NCBI GenBank assembly: GCA_033551855.1
Contig: JAWSUI010000030.1
Span: forward strand, 1-46,915
Direction of reading: 5' to 3'
DNA: 46,915 bases
Origin: Deferrisomatales bacterium
Lineage (GTDB): Bacteria; Desulfobacterota; Deferrisomatia; Deferrisomatales; JACRMM01
Below the pieces are notes generated by a model. That model saw only the letters and a list, made by a program, of their open reading frames with translations, searched no databases and was not told the DNA's origin. Of the stretch, positions 9,917-17,707 are shown piece by piece. Position numbers and translations under genes: made by a program. Each line of letters opens with the position of its first letter. Within the stretch, counting starts at the first letter, position 1.

Positions 9917-10164
9917 TCGGCCAGCGCTCGTTCCGTTCCGCCGCCTCGCTCGAGCTCTGCGACGGATTCGAGAAGCCGCCTGGCGTTCTCGGGGTTGCGC
10001 AGGAGATACGCGGTCTCCTCGAGCGCCTCGTAGTCGTCGAGGGCAATCATGACAACGGACCGAGACGATTTCCGGGTCACGATGATCGGCGCGTGGTCAT
10101 CGCACACCCGGTCCATTTCCTTGGCCAGGTTGCTCCGCAGCCGGGTATAGGGGATCGCTTCCAC
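9913..10164 (-). CDS. yefM: Phd/YefM family antitoxin
   Basis: YTRLRSNLAKEMDRVCDDHAPIIVTR...DYEALEETAYLLRNPENARRLLES; GTG start with AAGGAGG. Confidence 0.95.
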   Translation of the reverse strand: MEAIPYTRLRSNLAKEMDRVCDDHAPIIVTRKSSRSVVMIALDDYEALEETAYLLRNPENARRLLESVAELERGGGTERALAE

Positions 10165-10195
10165 GGGCGGCCTCCTTCGGGGGACGTCGGGTGAT

Positions 10196-10215
10196 CTGTA
10201 CGGTTAAGCGTACAG
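10196..10215. promoter_or_regulatory. Putative YefM-YoeB autorepression operator
   Basis: Palindrome CTGTACG-gttaag-CGTACAG about 30 bp upstream of yefM; GTAC-core palindromes are typical of yefM operators. Confidence 0.65.
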
Positions 10216-10394
10216 GAAGACACGGCGCACAACAAGTATGTGGTTCGGGTCGCCTGCGCCTTCCGGCAACCCCCCGCACCTCCGAGACACGGCGGGACCT
10301 CCTGACAAATCAAAGTGGGGTGCCTGCCGGTACATCGGGTCTTGGAGAGGACGGACGGCGGATGCGCAGCTGGCTCGACCCCTGCGTATCGAGT

Positions 10395-10747
10395 ATCCGT
10401 GAGTCACCGATGGAGCGGTCGGCCGCTGCGGGAGATCGGGGAACGTCTAGCAGGCCGTTGAAAAACGGCCTGCGGTGCGCCCCACGGAGGGGGCGCCGAA
10501 TCGCGGAGCTTGAAAAGCGCAGTGATTCGTGAGGGTTCGAAGGGGCCGTCCCCGAGAGCCCTCAGCTGAAAAACCCCGTGGAGGGGGTTTTTCAGTACCC
10601 TGGTAGGGATGGGCGCGTCGGGGGTCGGTGAGGCGAGCCCCCGGGTCGAGGGGCAGTTTGCGTCCGCGCCGGGGTTTCGGCGGGTGGTGGAGGTGGCGGT
10701 GAAGGGGTTGGGGTCGTCACACCTGCAGATCGGACCCCGATGGCCCT
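10395..10747 (+). pseudogene. Transposase 3'-end remnant (DnaA-C-like HTH), copy 1, interrupted by MITE-like insertion
   Basis: RWSGRPLREIGER|insert|GMGASGVGEASPRVEGQ...GLGSSHLQI is colinear with 12524-12721; about 85% identical by eye over the last ~140 bp. Confidence 0.7.
10451..10602 (+). mobile_element. MITE-like non-autonomous element with IS-type ends (~152 bp)
   Basis: Imperfect terminal inverted repeats CAGGCCGTTGAAAAA / TTTTTCAGTACCCTG; flanks CTAG and GTAG (degenerate target duplication); absent from the homologous site at 12572-12586; related copy at 39207-39330. Confidence 0.75.
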
Positions 10748-10770
10748 GCTTGACCCCGATGGCCCTGCTT
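10733..10770 (+). repeat. Perfect 19-bp tandem duplication
   Basis: GACCCCGATGGCCCTGCTT at 10733-10751 and 10752-10770. Confidence 0.9.
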
Positions 10771-10882
10771 ACTTACCCTCGCGGTTCGTCCGCGTCAGAG
10801 AGCGGTCGAGAACGATCCATCCGGTTAGCGGGTGGCTGAGGACAGCCCCTGAGGGGGCGACAGGCTAAAGGAGAGTCGTCGC

Positions 10883-12457
10883 ATGAGCGGGTGGATCCCT
10901 TTGGGCAACATCATTCGCGTGCTGGCAACCCAAGAGCCCGGCAAGGAAGCCGTGGCGGACCTGTCGCGCTCCCTGACCTTCCAGGAGTGGAACGAGCGCT
11001 GCAACCGCCTGGCCAATGCTCTCCTGGACCTCGGGCTCGAGAAGGGGGACAAGGTGGCCTTCATCGCCCACAACTGCGTGGAGTGGATGGAGTACTACGG
11101 CGCCACGGCCAAGGCGGGGTTGGTCTGTGTGCCGGTGATGTTTCGCCTCGCGCCAGGGGAGTACGAGTACATCATCGACAACTCCGAGGCCAAGGCGTTT
11201 CTGGTGGCCGACGAGTTCGTCACCGGCGCCGACTCGGTGCGAAGCAACCTTCCCGCAGTGGCCCACTGGATCCACGTGGGGGGCGGCCCGGTGCCGGAGG
11301 GATACGTGGGTTATGAGGAGTTGATGGCGCGGGGCTCCGTCGAGGAGCCTTCCGTCCAAGTCCGTCCCGAGGACGTGTGGACCATCACCTACACCTCCGG
11401 GACCACCGGGAAGCCGAAGGGGGCGGTGCGCACCCACGAGGCCTACGTCGCCTTCTTCCTCACCAACTTCATCGCCATGAGCTTCTCGCGACACGACCGC
11501 GGTCTTCTGGTGATGCCCATGTGCCATGTCAACTCGATCTACTACGGCTTCACGCTCCTCTATGGGGGGGCGACGGCCCTGGTCTACAGCGTGGCGTCCT
11601 TCGATCCCGTCCACTTCCTGAAGACGCTCCAGGACTTCCGGGTGAGCTTCACGTCCCTCGTGCCCACCCACTACATCATGATCCTCGACCTCCCCGAAGA
11701 CGTGAAGGCGGGCTTCGACGTGTCCAGCGTGCACAAGCTATTGTGCTCCTCGGCGCCCGTGCGCAGAGAAACCAAACTGGCCATCCTCGACTACTTCAGC
11801 CAATCCAAGCTCTACGAGGCCTACGGGTCCACAGAGGCCGGCAAGGTGACCATCCTGCTGCCGGAGATGCAGCTCGAGAAACCTACCTCCATCGGCCGTG
11901 AGATCCCGGGCACCGACCTCATCAAGATCCTCGACGAGGAACGCAACGAGGTGCCGGTCGGCGTGCCGGGGGAGCTCTTCTCCCGCACGCCGTCGTGCTT
12001 CAAGGAGTACTGGAAGCTGCCGGAGGAGACCAAGGCCGCTTTCCACGGTGAGTGGTTCTCTGCCGGGGACATGGCCTACCGGGATGCGGACGGCTACTAC
12101 TACCTGGTGGACCGCAAGAAGAACATGATCATCACCGGCGGGGAGAACGTCTACCCCTCCGAGGTCGAGAACGTGATCGGTGCGCACCCCGGCGTGAAGG
12201 ACGTGGCCGTGATCGGCGTTCCCGACGAGAAGTGGGGCGAGCGGGTGACCGCGTTCGTGGTGCCGCGGGCCGAGTATCAGGGACGGCCGGAGTTGGCCCG
12301 GGAGATCCAGGAGTTCTGCAAGGGAAAGATCGCCGGCTACAAGCGGCCCAAAGAGGTCACTCTCATCCGAGACGAGGAGATGCCGCGGACCCCCACGGGG
12401 AAGATCCTCCACCGGGAGCTTCGGGATCGGCACGGGCACTGGGCGGTGGGGCGTTGA
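10883..12457 (+). CDS. AMP-binding acyl-CoA synthetase (long-chain fatty acid-CoA ligase family)
   Basis: YTSGTTGKPKG, YGSTEAG, GDMAYRD..GYYYLVDRKKNMII.GGENVYP.EVE and PRTPTGKI; AAGGAG RBS. Confidence 0.95.
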   Translation: MSGWIPLGNIIRVLATQEPGKEAVADLSRSLTFQEWNERCNRLANALLDLGLEKGDKVAFIAHNCVEWMEYYGATAKAGLVCVPVMFRLAPGEYEYIIDNSEAKAFLVADEFVTGADSVRSNLPAVAHWIHVGGGPVPEGYVGYEELMARGSVEEPSVQVRPEDVWTITYTSGTTGKPKGAVRTHEAYVAFFLTNFIAMSFSRHDRGLLVMPMCHVNSIYYGFTLLYGGATALVYSVASFDPVHFLKTLQDFRVSFTSLVPTHYIMILDLPEDVKAGFDVSSVHKLLCSSAPVRRETKLAILDYFSQSKLYEAYGSTEAGKVTILLPEMQLEKPTSIGREIPGTDLIKILDEERNEVPVGVPGELFSRTPSCFKEYWKLPEETKAAFHGEWFSAGDMAYRDADGYYYLVDRKKNMIITGGENVYPSEVENVIGAHPGVKDVAVIGVPDEKWGERVTAFVVPRAEYQGRPELAREIQEFCKGKIAGYKRPKEVTLIRDEEMPRTPTGKILHRELRDRHGHWAVGR

Positions 12458-12463
12458 ACACCG

Positions 12464-12721
12464 ATGGAGCGGAGCGTTTCCGAGTGCCTGGGTGACAATC
12501 GCCGAGGGACCCGAAGGCTGGCGCTCTACGTGGGTCGCCGATACAGCCGGCGACCGCTGGGTGAGATCGGGGAACGTTTCGGGATGGGCGCGTCGGGGGT
12601 CGATCAGGCATGTCGCCGGGTCGAGGCGCAGTGTGCGTCTGCGCCGGAGTTGCGGCGGGTGGTGGAGGAGGTGGTGAAGGGGTTGGGGTTGTCACAAGTG
12701 CAGACCTGACCCCAATGGCCC
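12464..12721 (+). pseudogene. Transposase 3'-end remnant (DnaA C-terminal-like HTH, RAYT/Y1-transposase-like tail), copy 2
   Basis: 81-aa ORF with LALYVGRRYSRRPLGEIGERFGMGASGVDQACRR (HTH), ending in AGACCTGACCCC; direct repeat of 10395-10747; no catalytic domain present. Confidence 0.65.
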
Positions 12722-12722
12722 C

Positions 12723-13844
12723 TCACTCGGGCTTCCGCTCGGAATAATCGGCTGGGGGCCGGAAGAGGTCCGGTGACAGGGGGTCGGTCCTGACGTCCTC
12801 CACCACCGACGTGGTCCGCATCACGATGCTCTGGGAAGACCCGGCCTCCGGCGCGGCGGCAGCCGGCGCCTCCTGTCGCCGGCCCAGGACTCCTCGGGTG
12901 AGGCTTCGGACGGCGCTCCGGACAGCTTCCTGGGCGCCGGCGGCGGCAGCTCCCGCCAGGACGTCTCCAGCCCCCGAAGCCAGAGGCTGGCCCGCCGAAG
13001 CCAGGATGGCCCCCCGATCCAACTCCATCCCGGGGCTCAGCAACACGAAAGAAGAAATGGTCCTCACCGGCATCCCGTCCAACTCCTCCATCTCCTGGGT
13101 TCCACGCTCGAAGGCCTCCTGCATCCTGGGGTCCTGGGCGAAGGCCTGCTGGAGTGCGCCTCCAAGGCCCGCTTGCACGCCTTCAATCCGTTCTTGGCCC
13201 GCCGCCATCTGAGCCTCCGCGATGGCCGAGAAGTTGGGGAAGTCGGTGCTGAGCCACACCTCGTTGAAGAGGACCATGGAGCCGGCCTCCTCCGGTGGCG
13301 CCCCGGGATCAGAGGACCGGGGTACCACCTCGACAATCATGAGGACCTGCTCCGCAGAATACCCGTCGAAGTTTGTCCGCTGACCGGTGCGCTCGGTGGA
13401 GACCCGAACGTCGAAGGTCACGTCGGACTCTTCCCCGGGAGGAGCATCCCGGGGTTGTTCGGCCTCCACCCCCTCCAGGGCCGCGGCCAGCTCCGCCTCC
13501 ATCTCTGCCAGGCTGAAGGTGAAGTAGCTCCTCTCCGGGTGGTCGAGGTGGGTGAACCGTCCCTCCTGGAAATCCACGATGGTGGAGGTCCGCCCCTCGT
13601 CGGTCCTCATGAGGTGGCCTTTCACGAAGACGGTTTCCCGAAGGGGGTCCCGAGCGCCCGGCACCAAGCGCATGAAGGTTCCCACGGCCCCGGCAAACTC
13701 TCCACGGGTTACCGTCGTGTAGGTGAGATCCTGGCCCGCCGCTTGCGATGTCTGCACCGTGGGGGCGAGGCCGAACGCCGCCACGGCGCAAAGGACGAGG
13801 CTCCTGCAGAGCAGAATTCGCATCCGGCGCTTGACCATTTCCAT
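12723..13844 (-). CDS. Secreted protein, DUF4412-like
   Basis: Signal peptide (KRRMRILL...AAFGLAPTVQTSQA), TIVDF..GRFT.LD...RSY, TGQRTNFDGY.AEQ, EVWLS, GMP.R and C-terminal DLFRPPADY. Confidence 0.65.
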   Translation of the reverse strand: MEMVKRRMRILLCRSLVLCAVAAFGLAPTVQTSQAAGQDLTYTTVTRGEFAGAVGTFMRLVPGARDPLRETVFVKGHLMRTDEGRTSTIVDFQEGRFTHLDHPERSYFTFSLAEMEAELAAALEGVEAEQPRDAPPGEESDVTFDVRVSTERTGQRTNFDGYSAEQVLMIVEVVPRSSDPGAPPEEAGSMVLFNEVWLSTDFPNFSAIAEAQMAAGQERIEGVQAGLGGALQQAFAQDPRMQEAFERGTQEMEELDGMPVRTISSFVLLSPGMELDRGAILASAGQPLASGAGDVLAGAAAAGAQEAVRSAVRSLTRGVLGRRQEAPAAAAPEAGSSQSIVMRTTSVVEDVRTDPLSPDLFRPPADYSERKPE

Positions 13845-14393
13845 CACTCCCTTCCACGTCTTGACGATAGGGCTTCCCAGCCTGCTGCCCGCCAGCACTC
13901 TACAACGTATTCGAGCGTTGTCGAGGGTCCGGGCAATGGGTCACTCCGGCTCGGTCGGGGTCAGCGGAGCTCGTCCATCGACGGGGAACGGGGAAGGCGC
14001 CCAGGGCAGAGCGGCTGTGGCAGAGACACCGTGCGGCCATGCGCAACGCTGTGGCGGCGCGGCCGGCGCAGGGCTTGGTGCGGCCGCCCGGTTGCTTGCC
14101 GCCGGGGATCTCGTTTCCGGGGCACAGGCCCGGCCTGGAGGCGAAGTGCTTTTCCTCTTCCCGTAGCAGAGCGTCTTGCTGAGCCTTGGCCCGCCAAACA
14201 GGAACAGTATGGCTCGTTACTCAGGGATCCCGAGTAGGCGGGAGGACGGGACCCCATGCCGTGAGGCGAGACCGGGCGATATCCGGTGACGAGCGTCGGC
14301 GGGGAGGAGGTGCGCCCCTTCGTCCCGGCTCCGGAAGGCGGGGCGTGCTCCCGTACCTGGGCCGGCAGCGGATCCGCGGGGTACGGGGCAGGG

Positions 14394-15815
14394 CTACCCC
14401 GCCCAGGCCAGGGCCTCCACGAAGAGGGAGAGGACCGCGCCCGGCAGCACCCCGAAGAGCAGGATGGCGAGGCAGAAGGCGTAGCCGAGTCCGCGCCCGA
14501 GCAGGGTGAGGGGGACCCGGGCCTCGGGGGCGGGCTCCTCCCCCTCCTCCTCGGGGCTGAAGGCCGCCCTGACCATCTTCAGGTAGTAGAAGACGCCGAT
14601 GGCGGTGTTCAGGGCGGCGATGATCACCAGCGCGAGGTAGCCCCGGTCCAGGGCGGCGGCGAGCACGTAGAACTTCCCCATGAACCCCATGGTGGGGGGG
14701 ATACCCGCCAGGCCGAAGGCCGCCACGGCAAGGGTGAAGGCCAGGAGCGGCGCCCGCCGGTGGAGCCCCCGCAGGTGCCCCAGGGAGACGTTCTCCCCGG
14801 CGGGGGCCAGGGAGTAGATCACGTAGAAGAGGGCGAGGTTCATCAGGAGGTATCCGCCCACGTAGAACATGGCGCCGGCGTACCCCTGGATGGTGCCGCT
14901 CAGGATGCCGGTCATCATGAAACCGGCGTGGGAGATCGACGAGAAGGCGAGCAGGCGCTTCAGGTCGGTCTGCACCAAGGCGGCCAGGTTCCCGTAGGTC
15001 ATGGACAGGACCGCCAACAGCACGAGAACCAGGAAGAAGCCCCCCGGCTCCGTCCCCCCCAGCCCCGTGAGGCGGATCAGCACCGCAACGGCGCCGATCT
15101 TCGGGAGGGTCGCGATGACGCCCGCCGTCTCGTTGGCGGCCCCCTGGTAGACGTCGGGGGTCCAGAAGTGGAAGGGGAACAGGGCGAGCTTGAAGAAGAA
15201 GCCGCCGAGCATCAGCGTGAGGGCGACGATCCCCAGGGGGGAGCCCACCAACTCGGGGAAGACCACCAGGAGCTCGTCCAGGTGGGTGGTCTTCGCGAGC
15301 CCGAAGACGTAGCTCATCCCGAACAGGCTCACCCCTGAGGCCAATGCGCCGAAGAGCACGTATTTGATCCCGGCCTCCACGTGGACGGTCTGCTCCGAGC
15401 GGCGAAGGGGAACCAGGACGTAGAGGGCGAAGGACGAGAGCTCCAGCGCGATGAAGAGGGTGAGGAGCTCCACCCCGCTCATGAGGAACGTGAGCCCCAG
15501 GACGCTCAGGGAGAGGAAGAAGTAGTACTCGGGCTCGTACTCCCCCTGCACCCCCCGGAGCCCCTCTCCCAGGGCGACGACCGCGAAGAACCCCACGGCG
15601 ACCATGAGCTTGAGCCATTGGCTGAAGGCGTCCACCCGGTAGGTGCCGTAGAAGAGCTCTCCTCGGGCACCCAGGGCCAGGGCGGCCGTGACGACCCCGA
15701 GGACCGAGAGGACCAGGGCGGTGCGCCGGGCGGTGCCACTGCGGGGCGAGGCCAGGGTCAGGCCGAAGAGCACCAGGGCCGCCAAAGCCAGGAAGATCTC
15801 GTGTGCAAAGGCCAT
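14394..15815 (-). CDS. nuoN: NADH-quinone oxidoreductase subunit N
   Basis: LFIALELSS, EAGIKY, FKLALFPFHFWTPDVYQGA, KRLLAFSSISHAG and GIPPTMGFMGK. Confidence 0.92.
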   Translation of the reverse strand: MAFAHEIFLALAALVLFGLTLASPRSGTARRTALVLSVLGVVTAALALGARGELFYGTYRVDAFSQWLKLMVAVGFFAVVALGEGLRGVQGEYEPEYYFFLSLSVLGLTFLMSGVELLTLFIALELSSFALYVLVPLRRSEQTVHVEAGIKYVLFGALASGVSLFGMSYVFGLAKTTHLDELLVVFPELVGSPLGIVALTLMLGGFFFKLALFPFHFWTPDVYQGAANETAGVIATLPKIGAVAVLIRLTGLGGTEPGGFFLVLVLLAVLSMTYGNLAALVQTDLKRLLAFSSISHAGFMMTGILSGTIQGYAGAMFYVGGYLLMNLALFYVIYSLAPAGENVSLGHLRGLHRRAPLLAFTLAVAAFGLAGIPPTMGFMGKFYVLAAALDRGYLALVIIAALNTAIGVFYYLKMVRAAFSPEEEGEEPAPEARVPLTLLGRGLGYAFCLAILLFGVLPGAVLSLFVEALAWAG

Positions 15816-15831
15816 GGGGATTCCCTAACGC

Positions 15832-15863
15832 GGTGACGGGTGACGGGTGACGGGTGACGGGTG
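15832..15863. repeat. Heptamer tandem repeat (GGTGACG)x4.5 in the nuoM-nuoN gap
   Basis: Four exact units at 15832-15859 plus GGTG. Confidence 0.9.
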
Positions 15864-15868
15864 CGCCA

Positions 15869-17659
15869 TCAGTCCCTGGGCTCCGGCTCGGGCTCCGGCT
15901 CGGGCTCCGGCTCGGGGCCAGCCGGGGGCTCGTCGTGCTCCGGCGCCGGCAGGTGCTCCGGGGCGTAGTCGGGCTCGCCGTGGGGTTCGCCCTCCGGGTG
16001 GGTCTCGTGCGCGGCGGAGGCGAACAGGGCCGCCCAGAGGCCCGGGAGGCCGCCGGTGGGCAGGTCCGAGGGCTGGGCGTGCGCCTGGGTCACCACGTGG
16101 GCGACGCTGGCGTCCATGGCCCGGAGGAACGGCTTGGGGTTGAGACCGATCCAGAAGACGAAGACGGCCAGGAACGCGAGCGTTCCGAACTCCCGCATGT
16201 CCAGGTCCCAGAGGTGGCGGCGATGGCCGTGCTCCCCGTGCCCGGAGGGCTCCTCGGCGTGGGCCTTCCCGTGTCCACCCTTCGCCGGCCCGCTGGGGGC
16301 GTGGTGCTCTTCCCCGTGCCCGTGGTGCCCCTCTACCCGGTCCCAGACGATCTTCTGGAAGAGGCGCAGCATGTAGGTGGCCGCCAAGAGGGCCCCGGGG
16401 ATCGCGAAGGCGGCGAGGAGTTTGTTCTCCGAGAAGGCCCCGATGAGGACCAGCAGCTCGCCCACGAAGGAGTTCGTGCCCGGGAAGGCCAGCGACGAGA
16501 GGCTGAAGATCCCCAGGAAGGTCACGTACACGGGCATGAAGGCCCCGATGGCCGAGTTGTCCGCGATCATCCGGCTGTGGGTGCGCTCGTACAGGATGCC
16601 GACGCAGATGAACAGCGCCCCGGTGGTGATGCCGTGGTTGACCATCTGGAGGATCGCCCCCTCGATGCCCGGCTGGTTCACGAGGAAGATCCCGAGGGTG
16701 ACGAAGCCCATGTGGCCCACCGAGGAGTAGGCGATGAGGCGCTTCATGTCGTTCTGCCCCAGGGCAACGAACCCCCCGTAGAGTATCGAGACGATGGAGG
16801 CCCACAGGAAGACCGGCCCCAGATACACGGTGGCGAGCGGGGTGATGGGGAGGCAGAAGCGCAGGAACCCGTAGGTCCCCATCTTCAGGAGGACGCTCGC
16901 CAGGATGACCGACCCGGCGGTGGGTGCCTCGACGTGGGCCGCGGGGAGCCACGTGTGGAAGGGGAACATCGGGACCTTGATCGCGAACGCCAGGGCGAAG
17001 GCGAGGAACACCCAGAACTGGAAGGCGAAGGTGTAGCCCTGGCCCATGAGGTCGGGGATGGAGAAGGTGCCGCCCACGAGGTACAGCGCGATCACCGCCA
17101 CCAGCAGGAGCACGCTACCCGCCAGGGTGTACAGGAAGAACTTGACGGATGCGTAGACCTTGCGCGGACCGCCCCAGACGGCGATCAACAGGTACATGGG
17201 GATGAGCATCGCCTCCCAGAAGACGTAGAACAGCACCAGGTCGAGGGCGACGAAGACCCCGACCATGGCCGCCTCCATCACGAGGAGCGCGAAGATGAAC
17301 TCCTTCACCCGTGTCTCGATGTACTTCCAGGAGCAGAGCACGCACAGAGGCATGACGAAGGTGGTGAGGAGCACCAGGAAGAGGCTGATCCCGTCCAGAC
17401 CCAGGGCGTAGCGGATGTCCAGGGCCGGGATCCAGTCGTGGAGCTCGGGGAACTGGAAGAGGTGGGTCCCGCGCTCGAAGGCCGTGTAGAGCGGGACCGA
17501 GAGGAGGGCCTCGGCCACCGTCACGGCGACCGCCCACCCCTTCAGGACCCGGTCTCCCCGGAGGAAGAGGGCCACCGCCGCCCCCGCCAGGGGCAGGAAG
17601 ACCAGCAGGCTCAGAATCGGGAACCCCAGGCTGTGGGGCAGCGCGAACTCAGGTGTCAT
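15869..17659 (-). CDS. nuoM: NADH-quinone oxidoreductase subunit M with His-rich loop and PE-repeat tail
   Basis: LGLDGISL, FYVFWEAMLIPMY, AFAIKVPMFPFHTWLPAAHVEAP, LLKMGTYG and KRLIAYSSVGHMG; start 17659 preferred (alternative GTG 17704). Confidence 0.92.
   Translation of the reverse strand: MTPEFALPHSLGFPILSLLVFLPLAGAAVALFLRGDRVLKGWAVAVTVAEALLSVPLYTAFERGTHLFQFPELHDWIPALDIRYALGLDGISLFLVLLTTFVMPLCVLCSWKYIETRVKEFIFALLVMEAAMVGVFVALDLVLFYVFWEAMLIPMYLLIAVWGGPRKVYASVKFFLYTLAGSVLLLVAVIALYLVGGTFSIPDLMGQGYTFAFQFWVFLAFALAFAIKVPMFPFHTWLPAAHVEAPTAGSVILASVLLKMGTYGFLRFCLPITPLATVYLGPVFLWASIVSILYGGFVALGQNDMKRLIAYSSVGHMGFVTLGIFLVNQPGIEGAILQMVNHGITTGALFICVGILYERTHSRMIADNSAIGAFMPVYVTFLGIFSLSSLAFPGTNSFVGELLVLIGAFSENKLLAAFAIPGALLAATYMLRLFQKIVWDRVEGHHGHGEEHHAPSGPAKGGHGKAHAEEPSGHGEHGHRRHLWDLDMREFGTLAFLAVFVFWIGLNPKPFLRAMDASVAHVVTQAHAQPSDLPTGGLPGLWAALFASAAHETHPEGEPHGEPDYAPEHLPAPEHDEPPAGPEPEPEPEPEPEPRD
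15879..15914. repeat. 12-bp tandem repeat x3 encoding (EP)n at the NuoM C-terminus
   Basis: GGCTCCGGCTCG at 15879, 15891 and 15903. Confidence 0.9.
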
Positions 17660-17707
17660 CGGTGACCCTTGAATGCAGCCGTTTCGCGGGATTTCGCCTC
17701 CCACGCA

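Noticed and set aside
10196..10215. Possible E. coli-type SOS box
   Set aside because: The spacing is CTGT-N12-ACAG, not N8; position and GTAC cores fit a yefM operator better
13900..14390. Short ORFs and an ACAACG-N8-CGTTGT palindrome between the DUF4412-like gene and nuoN
   Set aside because: No RBS, motif or coding-bias support; the palindrome is too short to call
15832..15914. CRISPR-like array
   Set aside because: These are spacer-less short tandem repeats (7 and 12 bp), and there are no cas genes in the window
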